DNA from: Firmicutes bacterium CAG:822
Lineage (GTDB): Bacteria > Bacillota_I > Bacilli_A > RF39 > UBA660
Assembly: GCA_000432855.1 (NCBI GenBank)
Contig: HF990861.1
Coordinates: forward strand, 9,363 to 73,362
DNA length: 64,000 nucleotides
Reading direction: 5' to 3'
A program made the position numbers and the translations under genes. The notes under the pieces are model-generated. The model saw only the letters and a program-made list of their open reading frames with translations. It was not told the DNA's origin and ran no database searches. Of the stretch, positions 30,458 through 37,257 are shown one piece after another; within the stretch, counting starts at the first letter, position 1; each line of letters starts with the position of its first letter.

Positions 30458-31129
30458 TTAGTCCTCCTGAATTATCTTTCCATCTTCAATTTGAATAATT
30501 CTATCAGCTTGCTGAGCAATTTCCATATTGTGAGTAATCATAATAATTGTTTGGTTATATTCTTTGTTAGATTTTTTCAATAATGAAACAATCTCATCAC
30601 TTGACTTTGAATCCAAATTTCCTGTAGGTTCATCAGCTAAAATGATTGCTGGATTAGTAATCAAAGCTCTTCCAATAGAAACTCTTTGTTGCTGTCCCCC
30701 TGAAAGCTCATTAGGTAAATGATCTTTTCTATATTCTAAACCTAATAATTTTAATAATTGTTTTAACTGCTTCTTATCTGCTTTTCTATTATCTAATTCA
30801 AGAGGTAATGTTATATTCTCTTCCACATTCAATATAGGAATCAAATTATAAAATTGATAAATTAAACCTATTTGCCTTCTTCGAAAAATAGCTAGTTTAT
30901 CATCATTCATTTCATAAATATTTTTACCATTAATATAAACTTTTCCTTTAGTCGGTCTGTCTACTCCCCCAACTAAATGAAGAAGTGTTGATTTACCAGA
31001 CCCACTTGCTCCTACAATCGCCACAAATTCCCCTTTTTCAACTGAAAAAGATACATTATCCAAAGCAACAACCTTATTCTCACCTTTACCATAAACTTTT
31101 GAAAGATTCTCGGCTCTTAATATTTCCAT
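30458..31129 (-). CDS. ABC transporter ATP-binding protein (MacB/LolD-like)
   Basis: Walker A GASGSGKST, signature LSGGQQQR, Walker B ILADEPT. Confidence 0.9.
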   Translation of the reverse strand: MEILRAENLSKVYGKGENKVVALDNVSFSVEKGEFVAIVGASGSGKSTLLHLVGGVDRPTKGKVYINGKNIYEMNDDKLAIFRRRQIGLIYQFYNLIPILNVEENITLPLELDNRKADKKQLKQLLKLLGLEYRKDHLPNELSGGQQQRVSIGRALITNPAIILADEPTGNLDSKSSDEIVSLLKKSNKEYNQTIIMITHNMEIAQQADRIIQIEDGKIIQED

Positions 31130-31229
31130 ATTTCTTCCTCCCTTTTGATTACATTATATAATAACTAAAATGACAAGTAAGTGACATTTTAAAATAAAAT
31201 TTAAAAAGACTAGTAAACATATTACTAAT

Positions 31230-31628
31230 CTATCTTCTCTCCATATCCCCATATTTATAAATATAACTTTGTAATTTATCCTCACCCACTTTATCAATAC
31301 TAAAACCTATATTATCAGTATCCTTGCAGTAAATTGTATAATTTGTTCCATCTGGAAAAGTATTATAATATTCAATTTTATACATCGAATCACAATAATT
31401 AATGCCCGTCATATTATCTGTTTCTTCATTTAAAAGACTCATAATCTCATCTTTATTTTGATTATTAATATCCACATAATAATAATATTTTTTAGATAAA
31501 TCTTCGCCAAGCGCTTTAAATGAAAAATATATACTTAAACAAATAAACACAATTACTAAGATTACTACAATAATAATAAAATTATACATCTTTCCTTTAG
31601 TTTTTATCTCATCTTCATTAAATTCCAT
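31230..31628 (-). CDS. membrane-anchored hypothetical protein
   Basis: 132 aa with a single TM after an acidic N-terminus. No family recognised. Confidence 0.4.
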   Translation of the reverse strand: MEFNEDEIKTKGKMYNFIIIVVILVIVFICLSIYFSFKALGEDLSKKYYYYVDINNQNKDEIMSLLNEETDNMTGINYCDSMYKIEYYNTFPDGTNYTIYCKDTDNIGFSIDKVGEDKLQSYIYKYGDMERR

Positions 31629-31636
31629 AATCTCTC

Positions 31637-32419
31637 CTAATTTAAAATTACCTCATCCGCATAATCTGCTAAATAATTATCCTCTAAAATTAACTTACCA
31701 TCCACAATTTCAAATACCGAAATTGAAGGAATATCAACATCATCAGCTTTTGAAGTAATTTTATCACGAGTATAATATAATTTATCACCTTTAATCTCGT
31801 ACGTCCCACTAGACTTTTCTATTTCTTTTCTTGAAACATATCTCCAATCATCAGTAGGTGTTAAATATTCTACAGTCACATCAGCAGTAAAATTTCCATT
31901 ATCATCATAACTATCAACAAATGACATTCTAAGCATCGGTTTAAATTCTTGATCAGGTGAAAGAGTGAAACTATTACCCATCGCATGAATACTAAGCATA
32001 CTACCTAATTTTTTAGAATATTCTTCCGCCTTTTTTACAAAACAATAATTTCCATATCTCACATCATAAGTAATCGTATTATACAAAATATTATTTTTTA
32101 TAGAATAATTAATTACTGTAAAATTATTATCCTTATCATAATAATAAGTTGTATCATTACATTTAACTTTTTTCAATGTGTTTAAATAATCCTTCACTTC
32201 TTTTTTTAAAACATTATTACCCCTAACATTTTTATATGAATAACTTCTATCATTTTCTCTACCAAGAAAAGACAACCTTGGAACACCCAATATCACCGTT
32301 TGTTTACCATCGCTCAAATCATAAGTAAAGCTTTTTTTAATAAAACCAAATGGTATCATTCTAAAAATCAAATATAAAACTAGCAAAACAACCACTATAA
32401 TTAATATTTTTCTTTTCAT
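31637..32419 (-). CDS. membrane-anchored/secreted hypothetical protein
   Basis: 260 aa with an N-terminal signal-anchor MKRKILIIVVVLLVLYLIF. No family recognised. Confidence 0.45.
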   Translation of the reverse strand: MKRKILIIVVVLLVLYLIFRMIPFGFIKKSFTYDLSDGKQTVILGVPRLSFLGRENDRSYSYKNVRGNNVLKKEVKDYLNTLKKVKCNDTTYYYDKDNNFTVINYSIKNNILYNTITYDVRYGNYCFVKKAEEYSKKLGSMLSIHAMGNSFTLSPDQEFKPMLRMSFVDSYDDNGNFTADVTVEYLTPTDDWRYVSRKEIEKSSGTYEIKGDKLYYTRDKITSKADDVDIPSISVFEIVDGKLILEDNYLADYADEVILN

Positions 32420-32438
32420 CTTAAACCTCTCTAAAAAA

Positions 32439-33755
32439 CTATTCCAAACTATACTCTACATTCATATCATCATCAACTATAATTTTTACCTTTTTAGTCA
32501 TTACTGTGATTTTACCACTCGCATCTGTAAACTCAAAATCAATATTCATAACTCTTTCCCCACTATTTTTTGGAATAATATTTACCTCAAAATTCAAATT
32601 ATACCCATCGGTAGACTTATCAGTTAAAACTAATTTAGCTATATCTGACTCCACATCACTAGGACCAAAATAACTATTACCAATTTCATTATTTACACTC
32701 AAATTAAAATGTGGATATTTATTTTGGGCTTTATAATCAATATCACTATAATCAAAAACAGTTAAAAGCATACCAATATCATAATTATATTTTGAATCAT
32801 CCAAAAACTCTTTAACTTGAAACCTATCCTCATTATTAACAATCAAATAAAATTCATTATTATCATAACATTCAAAATAATATTTATAAATCTCATTTTC
32901 ATAAAACAAATTATTACTAGTGCATTCATCATTGTATTCAAAAGTTATATTTGGATGATTTATTTTGTCATACTCTTCATAATTCTTGTCATATAACATA
33001 TTTCTGTATTTTATAAGTCCTATAAAAAGACAAACAACAATTAATACAAACAAACCCATTTTAATATAAGACTTTCTACTTATCTTATTGTGCTGAAGTA
33101 AAAATATATTATGAATCAAATCATCAACACTCCGAACCTTTAAAATTAAATAAGCTAAAACAGCTCCAGATAAATTAAGAATCAAATCATCAACATCAAA
33201 TCTACCAGAACCAGTAACTAACTGTAAAAACTCTATTCCAAGTATCATCAATACCATAGTAATAACAAAATATCTAAATTTATTTTGCTTCTTAAATAAA
33301 AGTGGTAAAAAGAAAGCCATTGGCATAAAAGCACACACATTACCAAATAAATTAAGCATTACCTGACTTGTCGAATACATACTATCAAACTTTTGAATAA
33401 ATGTCATAATCGTTTCAAATGGCATCAAATTAACGCGTTCTTCTAAATTAGTAAATCCTTGAAAATTAAAACCATTTCTAAGCCACAAACTATCAAATAA
33501 AGTAAGTGTTATAAGTAAAACTAAATATAAAACAAAATACACATATAAATTTATCTTCATCGGTTTATTATTTTCGTAATACTTTGATAAACAAAAACCA
33601 CCAACATACATAAAAGAGGCCATAACGCACATTAAACCAAGTCTAGCCATTTCTGTCATCTGAACTCTAAATTCCATCATTAAATAAAATAGTAATATCA
33701 AAATAGCTATCGTATAACCTATAATTCCCAAAACCAAATACTTTCTTTTTCTCAT
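32439..33755 (-). CDS. VanZ-like membrane domain fused to a ~200-aa extracytoplasmic domain of unknown function
   Basis: LGIEFLQLVTGSGRFDVDDLILNLSGAVLAYLI (VanZ signature), then an extra TM and a hydrophilic C-terminal half. ATG 33755 is preferred over the track's TTG 33773. Confidence 0.6.
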   Translation of the reverse strand: MRKRKYLVLGIIGYTIAILILLFYLMMEFRVQMTEMARLGLMCVMASFMYVGGFCLSKYYENNKPMKINLYVYFVLYLVLLITLTLFDSLWLRNGFNFQGFTNLEERVNLMPFETIMTFIQKFDSMYSTSQVMLNLFGNVCAFMPMAFFLPLLFKKQNKFRYFVITMVLMILGIEFLQLVTGSGRFDVDDLILNLSGAVLAYLILKVRSVDDLIHNIFLLQHNKISRKSYIKMGLFVLIVVCLFIGLIKYRNMLYDKNYEEYDKINHPNITFEYNDECTSNNLFYENEIYKYYFECYDNNEFYLIVNNEDRFQVKEFLDDSKYNYDIGMLLTVFDYSDIDYKAQNKYPHFNLSVNNEIGNSYFGPSDVESDIAKLVLTDKSTDGYNLNFEVNIIPKNSGERVMNIDFEFTDASGKITVMTKKVKIIVDDDMNVEYSLE

Positions 33756-33782
33756 TTTAAAACCCACTTTCAAAATAATACA

Positions 33783-34397
33783 TTAATTATAAAATTCATT
33801 TAATATATTTGCTAAAACCTTTGGACACTCCTCATTTATAATATGTGAAGCTTTTTCAATAATCTTTAACTCTGAATTTTTAATATGTTTAGCTAAATAA
33901 TATGCGGACTTAATATTTGCCTTATCTTTCTCACCACATATTATTAAAGTTTTACATTTAATCTCCGAAACCCTACCACTAAAATCCAAATTTTTCATAG
34001 ACTTACCTAAAATAAAAGTATCTTTCTTATTAAAAGCCATACTATCAAACATTGATTTAGGCAAAAATCTAAAAATAATATTTTGAATTCCAAACATAAA
34101 TTTAGGCACTTTATATGGTGTTCCAATTAGTACCAGTGAATTAACTTTATCTGGAAAATCCAACGCATAATTTAAAGCTAAAATACCCCCTAATGAAAGA
34201 CCACATAAATCTACTTTTCCTGAAACCTTATTACAGTATTCTATAAATGCAAAATACAAATTATCATAACTAGCCTTCTTACCATTCAAAATCAAAGATA
34301 AATCTGGAAGCAAAACATCATCGCTATTCATATATTTAATTGTCTCATTATAGCTATCAGCCTTATGACCAGATCCATGAATTAATATTTTTTTCAT
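33783..34397 (-). CDS. alpha/beta hydrolase
   Basis: Contains HGSGH, the nucleophile elbow GLSLGG, and a C-terminal ASH. GGGAGG precedes ATG 34397. Confidence 0.7.
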   Translation of the reverse strand: MKKILIHGSGHKADSYNETIKYMNSDDVLLPDLSLILNGKKASYDNLYFAFIEYCNKVSGKVDLCGLSLGGILALNYALDFPDKVNSLVLIGTPYKVPKFMFGIQNIIFRFLPKSMFDSMAFNKKDTFILGKSMKNLDFSGRVSEIKCKTLIICGEKDKANIKSAYYLAKHIKNSELKIIEKASHIINEECPKVLANILNEFYN

Positions 34398-34596
34398 ATA
34401 ACCTCCCAAACTTTATAATAAAATCACCCTAACAAAAGCTTTTAAATATCTGATACAATTATAATATTTTAATGCCCTTATATCTACCATTTAAAGATGG
34501 AAATATGTCACCCAAACATAACATTTTAATATTTTCCCCTACTTCTATAAAATATTATAACAGAAAAAAATCTGTGTACCAATATAACACCACTAG

Positions 34597-34625
34597 TTGT
34601 CTTAAAGTTAAAAATGTGTTACAAT
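34597..34625 (+). promoter_or_regulatory. sigma-A type promoter of sRNA copy 1
   Basis: TTGTCT (34597-34602), a 17-nt spacer, then TGT-TACAAT (extended -10, 34620-34625). The same block recurs at 36385-36413 and 36800-36828. Confidence 0.7.
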
Positions 34626-34631
34626 GTATAT

Positions 34632-34750
34632 AGATGAGAGAAATCTCATATAATAAAAAGGAACATTCAATACTTCTATGTTGGATGTTGCCATATATTT
34701 TATGGTTATCACCTAAATCATAGTAGCTAATGAGTTAGGTGATTTTCTTT
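34632..34750 (+). ncRNA. candidate antitoxin sRNA, copy 1 (type I TA-like module 1)
   Basis: 5' hairpin ATGAGA-GAAA-TCTCAT, an A-rich linker, a second hairpin AACATTCAA/TTGGATGTT, and the terminator ATCACCTAA...TTAGGTGAT followed by TTTCTTTT ending at 34750. No plus-strand gene lies downstream. The 3' end meets the stop codon of a convergent peptide ORF. Confidence 0.6.
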
Positions 34751-34836
34751 TATATCAGTACTACTAATAGTATTAATAATAAAAGGAAGATAATAATTAC
34801 TAAAGATAAAATTAAAAAATCTTTCTTGTTCATCAT
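34750..34836 (-). CDS. candidate type I toxin peptide 1 (28 aa, hydrophobic)
   Basis: MMNKKDFLILSLVIIIFLLLLILLVVLI*. The SD AAAGGGGG is 4-7 nt upstream and half-buried in the hairpin CTTTTCTT-TTTT-AAGAAAGG. The ORF was missed by the track because of its size. Confidence 0.55.
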   Translation of the reverse strand: MMNKKDFLILSLVIIIFLLLLILLVVLI

Positions 34837-34900
34837 ATCGCCCCCTTTCTTAAAAAAGAAAAGTGGCAATCACCCAACTATTGAACATTCTTTACATATA

Positions 34901-34929
34901 AGTATAACGAATAGTTATATAAAACGCAA
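34901..34929 (-). promoter_or_regulatory. promoter of toxin mRNA 1
   Basis: Read on the minus strand: TTGCGT (34929-34924), a 17-nt spacer, TATACT (34906-34901). Confidence 0.6.
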
Positions 34930-34937
34930 TATATTTC

Positions 34938-34972
34938 AAAAAAAAACGTGCAAAACAAATGCACATTTTTTT
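34938..34972. terminator. bidirectional terminator (A-run, GTGCA-N7-TGCAC, T-run)
   Basis: AAAAAAAACGTGCAAAACAAATGCACATTTTTTT lies directly downstream of the XRE gene that ends at 34985. A near-identical copy is at 37130-37163. Confidence 0.65.
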
Positions 34973-34984
34973 AATAATTAAATA

Positions 34985-35434
34985 CTACTTTTTATCTTTC
35001 CACTCATGATATAAAATATCTTTTAAAACAAGCATACTATCTAACTTACTATATCCATAGTTAGTAGCTAAACTATCCAATAATTGTCTTATTATTCTCG
35101 CATATTTTTCCACATCCACTAAAGATGGATAATCAAGTAATACTGGATACTTTTTACCCCAAGCATTAGTCCAGTTGATTTTAGATTCTATTTTTTCATC
35201 AGTATTTTTAATAACATCCTCGATTTCTTTTAATTCAATATCAAAACCAATCAATTCATCCAATGATAAATTATAAAGTTTAGAAAGCCTTTTAGCTTGA
35301 TAAATATCTGGTAAAGTTTCATTTGTTTCCCATTTAGAAATAGTCTGTCTACTCACCCCTAATTTTTCAGCTACCCTCTCTTGCGATAAACCACATTTCT
35401 TTCTAGCATCCACTAAACTTTTTCCTAAATTCAT
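34985..35434 (-). CDS. XRE-family HTH transcriptional regulator
   Basis: LSQERVAEKLGVSRQTISKWETNETLPDI. GAGGTGAG precedes ATG 35434, whereas the track start is 35473. Confidence 0.75.
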   Translation of the reverse strand: MNLGKSLVDARKKCGLSQERVAEKLGVSRQTISKWETNETLPDIYQAKRLSKLYNLSLDELIGFDIELKEIEDVIKNTDEKIESKINWTNAWGKKYPVLLDYPSLVDVEKYARIIRQLLDSLATNYGYSKLDSMLVLKDILYHEWKDKK

Positions 35435-35530
35435 TATTCTCACCTCAAAAATAAATATATCACATAAAGGCACTTATTTCTATCAACAACAATTTGAATT
35501 TTTGCCCGCATTAATAACACTTAAAAAAAT

Positions 35531-36067
35531 TCATAAACATATCAAAATTAATAAATCTATTATTAAAGTTAGTATCCCTGATATAAACATCAACCAAAAG
35601 AAAATTTTCTTATTAGAGTATCTTAAAACATAAGCGATTTGGGGATTATCTGGATCATAAAAAACATCTAATTTAGAATTAACTGGATATAACTCTTGAA
35701 TAGGATTTTTATATACTCCACCAAAAGAATTTAAAGATCTATTAATCCTCAAAATTCCATTCTCTTCTTTATATTCCACCTCATTTTTACTAAAAGGTGT
35801 GCTTACTGTCTTTTCAATAACCCATTTATACTCAGGGCCTTTAATCTTATACTCTTTTCCGCAGGCCTTATAATAAACAATAGGCAAATGAACACCAGAA
35901 TAACTTACCGTCGTATATCTTTTAACTATTCCCTCTGTTTTAGACGTGCATCTTTTTTCCATAATTAAATACTTGTAAAATAACTTAAAAGCTAAAATAA
36001 TTAATACTAAACCACCAATAGATAAAAATATACCAAACACTAATTTAATAATTTCAATCTCACTCAT
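35531..36067 (-). CDS. DUF3592-like membrane protein
   Basis: 178 aa. TM, then a beta-rich domain (TEGIVKRYTTVSYSGVHLPIVYYKACGKEYKIKG), then a C-terminal TM. Confidence 0.5.
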   Translation of the reverse strand: MSEIEIIKLVFGIFLSIGGLVLIILAFKLFYKYLIMEKRCTSKTEGIVKRYTTVSYSGVHLPIVYYKACGKEYKIKGPEYKWVIEKTVSTPFSKNEVEYKEENGILRINRSLNSFGGVYKNPIQELYPVNSKLDVFYDPDNPQIAYVLRYSNKKIFFWLMFISGILTLIIDLLILICL

Positions 36068-36091
36068 TTTATCACTTCCATAAATAAAGTA

Positions 36092-36280
36092 TTATTTTTC
36101 TTTTGAAACATAAATAATAAGCATAATAATTCCAATTAAACTAATTCCCACTGAAAGACCTAGAAGTAATCCTGATGTAAATTCACCAAAAGAACTTTCA
36201 CTATAGCCAAAAAATATATAAACCAAATATAAAATATTACCTAAAATAACTAAAGATACTCCACCTTTTAATTTTTTCAT
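36092..36280 (-). CDS. small two-TM membrane protein
   Basis: 62 aa, hydrophobic. First gene of the 36280-34985 operon. Confidence 0.4.
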   Translation of the reverse strand: MKKLKGGVSLVILGNILYLVYIFFGYSESSFGEFTSGLLLGLSVGISLIGIIMLIIYVSKEK

Positions 36281-36419
36281 CTAAAACCTCCATATTAAAT
36301 CCTACTACTTAAATTATACACTAAAACCCCAATAACATAAATATAAAATTATAATATAATATTAATTTAAAATAAAACTTAAGTTTCCCATAAAGTTAAA
36401 AATGTGTTACAATGTATAT

Positions 36420-36527
36420 AGATGAGAGAAATCTCATATAATAAAAAAGGAACGTTCAATACTGCAATGTTGGGCGGTGCCAAAAAATTGGATCACCTAA
36501 TCACAGATGTGTTAGGTGAGTTCTTTT
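36420..36527 (+). ncRNA. candidate antitoxin sRNA, copy 2
   Basis: Promoter TTCCCA-17-TGT-TACAAT (36385-36413). The 5' ~60 nt are almost identical to copy 1. Hairpin 2 is AACGTTCAA/TTGGGCGGT. The terminator is TCACCTAA...TTAGGTGA followed by GTTCTTTT. Confidence 0.6.
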
Positions 36528-36603
36528 ATATTAATGTTATTAATAATAGCGACAATAAAAAGAAGATGACAATTACTAAAGCGAAGATTAAAAAATCTTT
36601 CAT
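36526..36603 (-). CDS. candidate type I toxin peptide 2 (25 aa); start/frame ambiguous
   Basis: MKDFLIFALVIVIFFLLSLLLITLI*, with nucleotide-level homology to toxin 1 (AAAGATTTTTTAAT...CTTTAGTAATT...ATCTTC). However, the only good SD (AAAGGAG, 36634-36640) serves an out-of-frame ATG at 36625. Confidence 0.45.
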   Translation of the reverse strand: MKDFLIFALVIVIFFLLSLLLITLI

Positions 36604-36665
36604 CCAATGATAGATGCTTAGACATAATTCATTCTCCTTTCGATTAAGCACCATCAGTGGTTGTT

Positions 36666-36693
36666 ATTATACTGTTTTACAGGGTAAATGCAA
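36666..36693 (-). promoter_or_regulatory. promoter of toxin mRNA 2
   Basis: Read on the minus strand: TTGCAT (36693-36688), a 16-nt spacer, TATAAT (36671-36666). Confidence 0.6.
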
Positions 36694-36834
36694 CTTCTTA
36701 TATTTTCCCAGTTAAATGCAACTTTGTTTACTTTTAGGGTTGCGTTTAGTTTTACATCTTACCACTATATACCATATTAACCTAAAATAAAATTTAAGTT
36801 TGTCTTAAAATTAAAAATGTGTTACAATGTATAT

Positions 36835-36948
36835 AGATGAGAGAAATCTCATATAATAAAAAGGAATGTTCAATACTCGAATGTTGAACGCAACCACTAA
36901 ATTCGTGAAGCGTCTAAATCATCGATGATGAGTTAGACGCTGTTTTCT
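36835..36948 (+). ncRNA. candidate antitoxin sRNA, copy 3
   Basis: Promoter TTGTCT-17-TGT-TACAAT (36800-36828). Same 5' domain as the other copies. Hairpin 2 is TGTTCAA/TTGAACG. The terminator AGCGTCTAA...TTAGACGCT followed by GTTTTCT has a different stem sequence but the same position. Confidence 0.6.
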
Positions 36949-37024
36949 ATTTAAATAGTAATACGAATACTAAAATAAATAGAAGGGATATTATGACATA
37001 AAGAGCTTTTTCTCTTTTAGTCAT
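36947..37024 (-). CDS. candidate type I toxin peptide 3 (25 aa, hydrophobic)
   Basis: MTKREKALYVIISLLFILVFVLLFK*. The SD GGAGGTG is 6 nt upstream and partly sequestered by the hairpin CCAATTCT-CATGT-AGAATTGG. Confidence 0.55.
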   Translation of the reverse strand: MTKREKALYVIISLLFILVFVLLFK

Positions 37025-37089
37025 AAGCATCACCTCCAATTCTACATGAGAATTGGTAGCGCCCAACTATTGAACATTCCTTATACATA

Positions 37090-37118
37090 AGTATAACGAA
37101 TAGTTATATAAAATGCAA
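37090..37118 (-). promoter_or_regulatory. promoter of toxin mRNA 3
   Basis: Read on the minus strand: TTGCAT (37118-37113), a 17-nt spacer, TATACT (37095-37090). Homologous to the toxin-1 promoter. Confidence 0.6.
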
Positions 37119-37129
37119 TATAATTTAAA

Positions 37130-37163
37130 ATAAAAATGTGCAAAACAAATGCACATTTTTTTA
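37130..37163. terminator. bidirectional terminator, duplicate of 34938-34972
   Basis: AAAAATGTGCAAAACAAATGCACATTTTTTT, downstream of the aldo/keto reductase remnant that ends at 37258. Confidence 0.6.
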
Positions 37164-37257
37164 TTACTCATTTTACCTTTATTGTCCTTTTTATTTCCTT
37201 AACTTTAGCAAAAAAATAAATAGAAAAAACAAGATATTTATCATCTTGCCTCTATAA

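Noticed and set aside
34678-34716. Short peptide ORFs inside the sRNAs starting at the conserved ATGTTG (MLDVAIYFMVIT* in copy 1, MLNATTKFVKRLNHR* in copy 3)
   Set aside because: The AGGAA that resembles an SD is ~18 nt from the ATG. The ATG lies inside hairpin 2. The three predicted peptides differ completely in sequence and length.
34739-34981. Track ORF of 80 aa on the plus strand, and the analogous 62-aa ORF at 36422-36610
   Set aside because: Both run through the sRNA terminator and antisense across the toxin mini-ORF and its promoter. They have no SD, the copies show no conservation at protein level, and the composition is low-complexity K/I/N. They are artefacts of AT-rich sequence.
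34597-36900. Three copies of a ~80-nt repeat, which could be a CRISPR array
   Set aside because: The repeat unit is far longer than a CRISPR repeat and contains a promoter and structured RNA. The spacing is irregular (~1.8 kb, then ~0.4 kb) with genes in between. No cas genes are present.
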